Assembly (NCBI GenBank): GCA_023334545.1
Contig: JAADVB010000189.1
Coordinates: 1 to 37,398 of the forward strand
Length of the DNA: 37,398 bases
Origin: Salisapilia sapeloensis CBS 127946
Lineage: Eukaryota > Protista > Oomycota
Direction of reading: 5' to 3'
How positions within the stretch are numbered: the stretch's first letter is position 1; every line of letters begins with the position of its first letter. The notes beneath the pieces were generated by a model that worked only from the letters and a program-made list of their open reading frames with translations, had not been told where the DNA came from and did not search any database. Of this stretch, positions 11,069 through 19,893 are shown in pieces. A program made the translations under genes and the position numbers.

Positions 11069-12403
11069 CTATGCATTGGATTTCTTCATAAACTGCATCA
11101 AATCCACTTTCTTACGAGCTGGACGGACCAATTGATCTCCGTTCGTACGTCCGTCGGGACGCACAGACGATCTACACAACAGTTAATACTAGTTTCAGAC
11201 GTATACAAGAGATTAGACGTACATGATACGTTCCGCGCGACTAAGTCTCTTGTTTCCATCATCTGCAGTGGTTTCTTTTCCAGGCTGCCGTCGATTCAGC
11301 AACTGTTCCATCGGATCCACGCGTTGTTTCTTTTGTCTATGTATGGAAGAGCTAGATATCGATGCAATGGATCCTCGTCGAGGTCCTTCTAACGACGTCA
11401 TCTGCATCCCTTGCCTTTGCTTTACCCGTCCCGAGTCGGATAGCTGCAAAGGCACACCAAGCCATGCGTCACCCTTTTTCTTCTTCTTCCCTGATGCAGG
11501 TGGAACCTTCCATTTACTCGTTCTCTGTGACGATTTGGATGTGTAGACACCTGACGACAAGTTCTTTGGTTGTTTCGACTTATTAAAGACAGACTTTCGG
11601 AAGCCACCGACAGCATTGTTCAGTTGCTGTCGACCACGTCCTGCGTCCATAAATTTCGTAGCAATGTGGTGCATACAGAACTGAGTCTTGGATTTGTTAA
11701 CAGCGAGACGACAGCGACCATCTCGTGCCGCTGTGCCTTTACAAATACCAAAATCGACTGAAGTACCTAGTTGCACTAGTTCATGTGGCTTGGAGATACG
11801 GAAGGCAAAGCGTTTATCTTCGGAGGATGGAAGCATCGTTGCGTTCAAGATAGCGATGATAGACCCTTCGACCATTTTCCAATGCGTTTCGTACGCCTGA
11901 CTGAAGAGGAAGACACCGACTTCGATGCCTTCCAAGTCCGTGACCGCCCAGACCATAAAGGAGGAACCGTTAGATGTGGATTTCGAAATTGTCTTTCTAG
12001 CCAAGACGCCAATGCTCACCCAGTCAACCTACTTGTGATAATAACGTGTAAGAAAGAGTTTAAGAAGTCGAAAGAGAGCAAATACAGTGGTATCTGAAAA
12101 GGTAGATAGTGGCTCGTTCTCCATTCTGGAGATGGATATGAACTTTCGACCTTGCATCTCTTGCTGAAGGTCCACTGCACTGATCAATCGATCTTTGATC
12201 CGCAGTTTCGAATAGCTTTCCACTTCATACTGCACGTCCTTTGCTTTCTTCTCACTCGGTAGAGCAGTAGTTGGTGTTGACTTCGTCGTCGTATCATTTT
12301 TATTTTGCAGCAATGGTTTCTTCTGACTTTCGTCCTGTGCACTATCATTTGACGTTCCTGTCTGGGATAACGCCATCCAATTCCACATCGTACCACCCGC
12401 CAT
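11069..12403 (-). CDS. MCM10: MCM10 DNA replication factor (~408 aa; join 12403-12086, 12028-11223, 11171-11069)
   Basis: OB-fold core (RIKDRLIS..VDWVSIGVLARK..FMVWAVTDL..VFLF..HWKMVEGSIIAILN) followed by the CCCH zinc finger (LGTSVDFGICKG..CRLAVNKSKTQFCMHH). Introns of 57 and 51 nt keep the frame. Confidence 0.85.
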
Positions 12404-12525
12404 TTTGCCTACTTCTGTCCTCGCTTCGTGTCCGAATCATATTGACCAATCCGATACCTTTATTTATAATATCTTCCAATCAAATATCTCTTTAGGAATA
12501 ATACTCCTCTACCTTATCATCGAAG

Positions 12526-13395
12526 ATGACTCGCCACAGTAAGAACGCGAGTGCCGGTACGCACTTCACATACCACGAGCGAAAGAAAGCAGGATATGGA
12601 ACGTTAAAACGTCGATATGGTCAAGACGCTCAGATTGCATTTGGCGTCTGCTGTCTCTGCCTCTCTTCTGTGCATGGGAATGAACCATTGGCATCCCCAA
12701 GTGGTTTCATCTATTGCAAGGAATGCATTTACACGAACTTGTTATCGCAAAAGCAGGCTATTCAAGAACAGACCAAAGCCTACGAAAAGTACATGGAACA
12801 GCAGGAAGAGCAGGCACAAGATGCACAACTAGCAGAAGAACGTGCTTCGCTACAAGCGTTCTTGACTTCCCACGCAGGACACGCGACACCTTCTACCTCA
12901 TCTACGAAGGACAATAAACAGGAGATCGTGAAGCAATTAACCGAAAAAGTGGATTCCAGGACGGATCAAGAGCGACGGAAGGATCTCCAACGGACATCGT
13001 TTTGGATCCCAGAAGCCACCCCTGAGACGCAGACCGTCGTGCACAAACCAGACAGCAAGACCAAAGACCCGATGAGCAATGAACCGATGAAGATGAAACA
13101 CCTTATGCCAGTCCAATTTACCTGGTCCGAACCGAATGACACGGATAAAGGCAGAAACGTCCTGTGCGCCGTGACGCAGAAGGAGATTACGCATCAGCAG
13201 GCAGTCCTTCTCCGTCCATCCGGTCAAGTCGTGTTAGCAAGCTGTCTAGAAAACATGGTCCTCCCGACCATGACGTGCCCTGTAACTGGTCTGAAACTCC
13301 GGAAGAAGGACCTGATCTATCTCCATCGACAAGGCACAAGCTTTAGTGCCCATAGCAATGTGGAAGCGAAAAAGTATCGTCCATCGACCATTTAA
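12526..13395 (+). CDS. NOSIP: Nitric oxide synthase-interacting protein (U-box/RING-like, spliceosome-associated)
   Basis: MTRHSKN..FTYHER, GVCCLCL..PLASPSGFIYCKECIYTNLLSQK, SFWIP and the C-terminal GTSFSAH..AKKYRP are characteristic of NOSIP. Confidence 0.92.
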   Translation: MTRHSKNASAGTHFTYHERKKAGYGTLKRRYGQDAQIAFGVCCLCLSSVHGNEPLASPSGFIYCKECIYTNLLSQKQAIQEQTKAYEKYMEQQEEQAQDAQLAEERASLQAFLTSHAGHATPSTSSTKDNKQEIVKQLTEKVDSRTDQERRKDLQRTSFWIPEATPETQTVVHKPDSKTKDPMSNEPMKMKHLMPVQFTWSEPNDTDKGRNVLCAVTQKEITHQQAVLLRPSGQVVLASCLENMVLPTMTCPVTGLKLRKKDLIYLHRQGTSFSAHSNVEAKKYRPSTI

Positions 13396-13431
13396 TTCTC
13401 TTCTCAAACGATTTCTTTTCTATCTTGACGT

Positions 13432-14916
13432 TTAAATATATTCTGAAATGTCTGAGTAAGCATTCGGACGACGAGCACATGTCGTTTGGATGCCATACGT
13501 CTTGAAAATAGCATTCTGAATCGCTGGCAATGGTTTGTGATCACGTACGAGCTGTCGAACTTCTTGTAATGCAGCATCACAATAGTCTGCACTTGACCAC
13601 TTGAAGACGTTGGATGTAGAAGAACGAGTTGGGAGCGAGAGCGGGAGACCAAGCGTCTTGGAAGTATGCAGACTTTCCAATGTAACGAGCAAGATCTTAT
13701 CTCTTGTTGTTACTCCTGCGTAGGATAGATAAGCAGGTGTTTAGTAGTGATCTAGAGAGGGAGTGCACCTGAGTCGATGAGCTGTTGGACGGTTGCCATG
13801 CCTTCTTTCTCGTTTCTTGCGAGGATGACGGAGAGACCGTCAGATTGGTCTTGAAGCTCTGTGCTGTTTAACTCGACACTTGTGGTGTAGATACGTGTAT
13901 CATGTTGAAGGGCATGCACAAGACGATCTGGTAGCTCTTTGTGTTCATTGGAATTGGATAGGACAAAGACATTGGACAAGGACTCTTGTTCACATAGTGC
14001 CAATAAATACTTGGTTAGACCAGCAAGAGCATTCACATAGACTCCAAAAGTACGCAGTGAAGACGTAAAGACGTCCGTTGCGTCTAATGGAATGACGACG
14101 ACACCTTGGACAATCGAATTAGATTCTAAGACCAAATACCATCAGTCAGTCTATACAAGTAGATGAATATAATACGAGATGACCTTTACGCATCTGTCGA
14201 AGCAAAGCTCTGGCGTTCGCAGCATCCTCTTCACTCGAGACTTCGAACTCCACGATAGACGTTCGATCGGTTAAGCGTTGCATGGCGTTCTTTGCATTTA
14301 AATGGAGACCTAATCGATGCCATAACTCGTGTACAGAGTATTCGACGCCACTCTTCCATGGATCCATGCAAAGGATATGGTTCAAATGACGACGCTTGGA
14401 TACTTTGGACACGGCCGAGTCGGGGGATGCTAGTCGCAACACATACTCTTCGTCCTCTAGCACGTCCTCTTGGGCTACCTTGGCATTGTATAGACTCCAC
14501 ATGCCATACATGAGTCCATAACTACCCATGATGCAACGCATGGAGCGAACAGACGTGAGCCAGAGTGTCCGACGAGCACGATTTGGAGTTGCTGACGCTG
14601 CAGATAGACTAGAAAGCGGTTTAAAAAGCTCCATACGCTCTGGAGGGTTGCGAAGGGAAGTGTAGACAGTAGATGGGGATACTCCTTGCCAAATGCAGCT
14701 CGGAAGGACGTTGCAAGCTGCATATTTGAGAGCAAATCGGAGAGGGATCGGACGTCGTTCGACATGGCCACAGCCTTCGATGAAACCTAGCGTGAAAGTC
14801 GAAAAGACAATGCCGCCAAACTGCATTTGCTTATCACGGATGGCACTACTACGTGTAGCTGCCTTGACGGCAAAGTCACTTGGCAAGGACCGATGGCTGT
14901 CTACCTCAAAATTCAT
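13432..14916 (-). CDS. Uncharacterised protein (~457 aa; join 14916-14184, 14125-13769, 13715-13432), with N-terminal hydrophobic segments
   Basis: Three ORF-track fragments join in frame through 58-nt and 53-nt GT..AG introns. No family was recognised. Confidence 0.6.
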
Positions 14917-15022
14917 GTTTCGCGTTTCTGGAGGTGTGTTGTCTGTCCCATAATGATTGTTCGAGATAGTAGTAAGAAATCAATGCAATTCATTAAGACG
15001 ATGGTCCTTTGTCGCTGAGTTT

Positions 15023-16620
15023 TCATGTGATGATCATTTCTTTGTCGATAGCTTCAACAAAATAGCTTCTTCGATGAAATACTACTTCATGCAAAGTAGT
15101 ATCTGCATCTTGCTCACTGCGTTTAAGCATGACGGTTATTGTTTTACTCCACGCAAAATACTTGCATTTTGTATGGTGAGTGTTCAACGTTTGCTTCGTT
15201 CGAAATCGATGTAAGAAACATATTTGAAAAGCCCGCGAAAAGCGTTTGTCGAAGAGCCACGGATATGCAGTAACTTCAAAAGATTGATTGTAGTATTTTA
15301 GAGCTCTGTCGAATTGATACTGCTTGTCGGACTCTAGTCTCGATTGTCGTGAAGACATAGTAAAGTTAACAGATAGATCTTCTAGAGACAAGTGTCAAGT
15401 CAATAGCACCAGACCCCTACTCTTTCTAGCCACGAACGGATGTACATCTTTCGATGCTTCCTCTTTTAAATGACTTTGCATGAACTAACAATTTGTAGCT
15501 TGAATATCAAGTCTTTAGCATGCTATGGCTAGCACGCTTCTTGTGCCCAAAAGAGACCAATTTTGGAACGTAAGAAAGCTAGGTTTCTGCTACGTAGTAG
15601 AGCAACACTCTCTTTGCATCCATAGCAGTCTACCTACTGCGCAAACACTTTTAAAGGTGCATTCAGCAGCGTTCGATTGCCCTGTCTATTGCTGCAGCCC
15701 GTGTTTCCGCAAAGCATCCGTTGCTTCTGAATCTCTTCATCACCTGCTGCATCTCGCCCTGAAGATTAGAGATTCTACAAACGTTGCTTCCTTCAGATTT
15801 TCTACGTATCTCGTACGACAGGCTCGCTTCGCATTGTGGTGGATCGTAAAAAGATCGTGTAATGATGCGCGTGCCAAGTAGAGGATGAAGAAGGTTTATG
15901 GCATTTACACTTCAGTACAAACAAGAAACGATAAGACCAATTGATCGAGTGAATTATACTTTTAGAGCAGAGTGGTAGAGAACGAGAGTAGGCTGTACAC
16001 ACTCTGCTCAACAAAGAAAGAGGGTTAAACCAGAAAGATTCGATGACTCGTGCTAGATGGAAATGCAGACCCTTTCTGGATTCTGTGTTGGGTAATAGAT
16101 CTGCACATGGATATTCGTGTGCCTCTTCTTTCGCTCCGCGGTAGCAGAATCTGTGCTATCGAAACGCAATGCAGCGCAGTAGCTGAACGCTTGCCATCCT
16201 TCACGATGTACCAAAGACCTCTAGCCAGAAGATCGTGTTCGTCTATGCACACCACGCGAGCGTCGTTGCTTCAGAAATGCTGTTTGCGCATTGCCATACT
16301 GCACTCAAGAGCAATTAGAAGTGGACAACAAGTACGTGTCATCAGCGCCTCTAGTCGCTCGCACGTTTATTGCAACGATTGAAGATCGGGGTTAAAGCAG
16401 TAGTGGACCAGATAACGAAATTGTCTACCATCGAAAAGAACTGAATGGCTGGAGACTTCGATGAGCTATCGATCCTTCCTTACTTGGTGGCTGTTTATCT
16501 TTTTCTATCCCTCACCTTTCTATCCATTAACTGCCGAAGCTTCGTGATAGGATCGAATGGACACGGCAGACAAGGAAAAATTCTGGTGCCATACGTCACA
16601 TAGAGCGCTTTCGATTCGAC
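15023..16620 (-). other. Unresolved intron-rich or decayed minus-strand locus
   Basis: Several ~50-120-codon open stretches (e.g. VHREGWQAFSYCAALRFDS.., VNAINLLHPLLGTRIITRSFYDPP.., and ORF 15023-15391) are separated by intron-sized GT..AG segments. I could not splice them into one frame. Confidence 0.3.
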
Positions 16621-16672
16621 CGTCGCGTGTGTCTGCACGTTGAAGTTAACAGCTCAGCCGACGACGACGGGC

Positions 16673-16704
16673 GGTCATCTCATGCGAGTGGAGGTCATCT
16701 CATG
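16673..16704. repeat. 12-bp direct repeat GGTCATCTCATG x2 (20-bp period)
   Basis: Exact copies at 16673-16684 and 16693-16704, in a divergent intergenic region ~30 bp from a CCAAT box (GACCAATAG, ~16730). Confidence 0.75.
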
Positions 16705-16989
16705 AACAGGAATCTGTTCGATGCCATCTGACCAATAGAAAATAAACGCAAGCGCGCGGTGGTAGGTGCGAAGTGTGCCATCCAGTCAGATTTAATATTC
16801 AGTTTCAGTCTACCTCGAACCAACACGAAAAACCAAATTCCTTGTGGTGACTAATGTCGACTGTCGCACTTTTGTCTGACGTACCCTCATCCAATCCACT
16901 GGATACGACACGTCGCAGGAACCAATGCCGCTCAAGCTTCAGTTTCCAAGTTGTGACCTACCGCACAAGTGACCACTCGCATTCAAACA

Positions 16990-17382
16990 ATGGGCATTCG
17001 ACCGCAATTCAAATCCGGTGCTCTACAAGTGCACCACCACCCGGCCGCACATTCGGGACAGCATGTCCTTAAGAAGAAGACCAAGAATGTGCCGCAATTG
17101 CCTACGCGTGAACCTACACCCATGGAACGTGAAGTTGCCGAGGTCAAGGCAAAGGTACTGAAGAACTATCCGCACAAGCAAACGCGATTCAGTGTGAGCC
17201 AGATGTGCCGGGTCGGTGCTCCGATCCAGGCACCGATGGATGTCATGTGGACCCGTGTCCCTCGAACGATTGTCAGCGGCAAGGCTGTGCCGTTCACTGT
17301 GACCAAGCACAGATATCGTCGACGAAAGATGATGAAGCCTCTTCCATCCATTCAAGAAGAGCGTCTTCGAGCAGTTGTATAA
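16990..17382 (+). CDS. Small basic orphan protein 1 (130 aa), C-terminal LPSIQEE motif
   Basis: Intronless ORF with the ATG preceded by an initiator-like CGCATTCA. Shares motifs with the two downstream orphans. Confidence 0.65.
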   Translation: MGIRPQFKSGALQVHHHPAAHSGQHVLKKKTKNVPQLPTREPTPMEREVAEVKAKVLKNYPHKQTRFSVSQMCRVGAPIQAPMDVMWTRVPRTIVSGKAVPFTVTKHRYRRRKMMKPLPSIQEERLRAVV

Positions 17383-17393
17383 CTCGATACTCG

Positions 17394-17428
17394 AGCGATA
17401 GGATAGTACCCAATAGCGATAGGATAGT
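17394..17428. repeat. 14-bp direct repeat AGCGATAGGATAGT x2 (21-bp period)
   Basis: Exact copies at 17394-17407 and 17415-17428, immediately after the stop of orphan 1. Confidence 0.7.
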
Positions 17429-17767
17429 TAGCACCAACGCGTCTGTCGTCCGCAATGTCTAATGGAGAGCAAGGTTGCCCATGCGCGCGTCACTGGTCTT
17501 GTTTCCATACTTGTACAGGACAAATTGCTCGAGGCGGCACAGACATTTCAATTTATTTACAATACAAACCATCGAGTTTATGCATTTAAATAATTTCTTC
17601 AATCTTGTGATTGCTGCCAATGCCTACCATCGTTTGCGCAAGAATTGTCATCTATTCTCTCTGTACCCAAAGTTGGGTTTGGTCACCTGGATTTGCATTT
17701 GATCTAATCGACTTCACTCTGTTCAAATAGAGTTCTAGTGGCTTGGACATCATCTAGCAACTCATCG

Positions 17768-18358
17768 ATGCTAAAAGTTTTGCGTTTCAATAGTATTCGT
17801 CGTGTACAATCGCTAGGAAGAATGAAATCTTCGAAAGACGTGTCTGTAGCTGTCGATCCCAGCCGATCACACAATGTACGAACTGTAAAGTTTTCGACAC
17901 ATCTTGAAATCTCCATCCTTTTGCCGATCATGGGAGCTACCACGCCGGACAACAGTCCTAGCTCGCTTGTCGATGTGGAACGTCGAGGGAAACGATCGAA
18001 CCGCCCAAGACGACCCTCGATGCCGTCTCTAGCATCAGACGGACGACGGCATGCCACAACGGATGTGGAGCGTAAAAACGAGCCTATGAGATTCCTACAG
18101 GACGTCGAAAGACTTAAGCAACACATTTTGTATACGCATCGGATCAAGTTTTGGCGCTTCCGGATTCAACAGATGAAGTTCTACGCGACGCCACCGGTAC
18201 TGATCCCTCCCGTCGTCAGTGGAAATCCAAAGACATGCATGATTTACGTTGGAGGCCGGCGTGTTCCGGTGACTCGACAGCATGCCAACAATTTACGTCG
18301 TCATGTTTTTCGTCACGGTCGCATGACACCACTGGAGGAGAACACATTATATAAATGA
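17768..18358 (+). CDS. Small basic orphan protein 2 (196 aa), RTVKF and C-terminal MTPLEE motifs
   Basis: Intronless ORF with its first ATG at 17768. Central DVERLKQHIL..FRIQQM motif and C-terminal PLEENTLYK resemble its neighbours. Confidence 0.65.
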   Translation: MLKVLRFNSIRRVQSLGRMKSSKDVSVAVDPSRSHNVRTVKFSTHLEISILLPIMGATTPDNSPSSLVDVERRGKRSNRPRRPSMPSLASDGRRHATTDVERKNEPMRFLQDVERLKQHILYTHRIKFWRFRIQQMKFYATPPVLIPPVVSGNPKTCMIYVGGRRVPVTRQHANNLRRHVFRHGRMTPLEENTLYK

Positions 18359-18768
18359 CCCTTCTCGTCATACGGAGATGCGTGTATGGATACCGACATA
18401 TTGCTTACTCTATATGCATCCTTCATGTTGTTCGGTTTCCAACTATGTCACTATGAATGATGTTGATCGTGGTAATCGTGTGGATACGATGACATGTCGT
18501 CTCGTGTGGGATTATTCTTTCGGTCCAGCGCGCTCATCCCATCCCGCCGAGATGACGAGTACTCATGTATCTTCCAATCAACATGCTGGATGTCGTCCGC
18601 CACGTCCCAAACCCTTGATTTTGTCCAATCACAGCGCTCTAAAGGCAAACATCAATTTGGACATGTACCTTGAAGTGTCGCTTCGCGTCAACTATGCTTG
18701 GTGTGATAATCTCTTTGCAAAAGTAAATACTGTCCACGCGAATTCGTAGCCACAATCCGTTTGAAGAC

Positions 18769-18781
18769 TCATTTCCATATT
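18769..18781 (+). promoter_or_regulatory. Oomycete-type initiator (TCATTTCC..ATATT) for orphan 3
   Basis: Matches the YCATTYY initiator consensus, 38 nt upstream of the ATG at 18807. Confidence 0.5.
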
Positions 18782-18806
18782 CGCGATTCATCGTAAACAT
18801 CGAATC

Positions 18807-19169
18807 ATGGGTTTCCACTTGCTGCGTCGTGGTAGTCCCCACTCCAAGAAGAAACATGTTGAAGAGCCTTTGGATACTGTTGTAACCAAGTTGCCCAAGC
18901 ACTCGATTGAAAAAGTCCCGCTCGCACCAGTTTCAGATATAAAACCCGTAGAAGCGAGAGCTCTGGCAGAGGTTCGACATATAAAGTCACGTATCAAGCG
19001 CCGGCCACACCATCGCTACTTTAGTTTTGATCACATGAAACATCGATGGGGAGGCATCCAACTACCAAAGAAAGAGCCTATCATGCCCATGACTCGCACA
19101 GAATGGCACAAGATCTGTGCACAGCGTCGCAAGTTAAGTCCACTTCGAGAAGATGTCATGTACACGTGA
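18807..19169 (+). CDS. Small basic orphan protein 3 (120 aa), C-terminal LSPLRED motif
   Basis: Intronless ORF with an initiator upstream. Central AEVRHIKSRI..HRYFSFDHM motif and C-terminal PLREDVMYT. Confidence 0.68.
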   Translation: MGFHLLRRGSPHSKKKHVEEPLDTVVTKLPKHSIEKVPLAPVSDIKPVEARALAEVRHIKSRIKRRPHHRYFSFDHMKHRWGGIQLPKKEPIMPMTRTEWHKICAQRRKLSPLREDVMYT

Positions 19170-19893
19170 GACACCCCCAGTCTATTGTACATATTTACTT
19201 GAAATTCCGTGGAAAATTGACTTCCCGCGAGATGCATTTCGTTGAGCCTTCCAGCTCCATGACAACGTCGATCTTAATTAAATACATTCGCACTGTGACT
19301 TTATATGAAATCCACACTGTTCATGTCAAGTAGTATTTATATATATGCTGATCTGCCTCGACACCCTAATATGAGCTACGCTTCCTGCGCACGGGAGAAA
19401 GTTGCATGTCCGTTGTACACCGGAAAATTTTTGATTGGAGCCACGACCTTTCACAGCATCCCACTTCAACTTCTAATCCAATCAGCATTCAAATACGGAT
19501 ATATCCCGGATAATGTTAACTGATCCTCACGTCCGCGCGACGTCAGAATCAGAAGCAGTGCCAGAAGATCCCTTCATCCCTCCTTTTGGCCTCTCTTTTC
19601 ACCTCCAAGTACGTTGTCTTGCAACTCTACTCTTGCGTATAATCTACGACACGAATGCACCCAAGACAAAATCATCTTATAACGTCTGAAATGTCCGATT
19701 AAAGATATATGGTTGCTACACTTGACTGCGCTTCCTCATGCGCTTTCCTTGTGCTATGATCATTGCTGCATATCGTGACCACTTCCCTCCCATATACAGA
19801 CACAATTGTGCTGTAAAATTGCATATTTCTATTGCATTTATCGCTTGCTATCACCAATTACTTGTATCTTTACTAACTCTACTTGTAGCAGCC

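Noticed and set aside
17704-18147. 147-aa minus-strand ORF
   Set aside because: Antisense to orphan 2, which shares motifs with its neighbours; no independent support.
18378-18749. 123-aa plus-strand ORF as a possible fourth member of the orphan cluster
   Set aside because: Lacks both the central motif and the terminal LxxIxE-like motif in the frames I translated.
16990-19169. Orphan trio as RxLR/CRN-type secreted effectors
   Set aside because: No signal peptides and no RxLR-dEER or LFLAK motifs.
19738-19893. 52-codon extension upstream of CPT2
   Set aside because: Lies in a putative intron with branch point and acceptor; the transit peptide starts at 19894.
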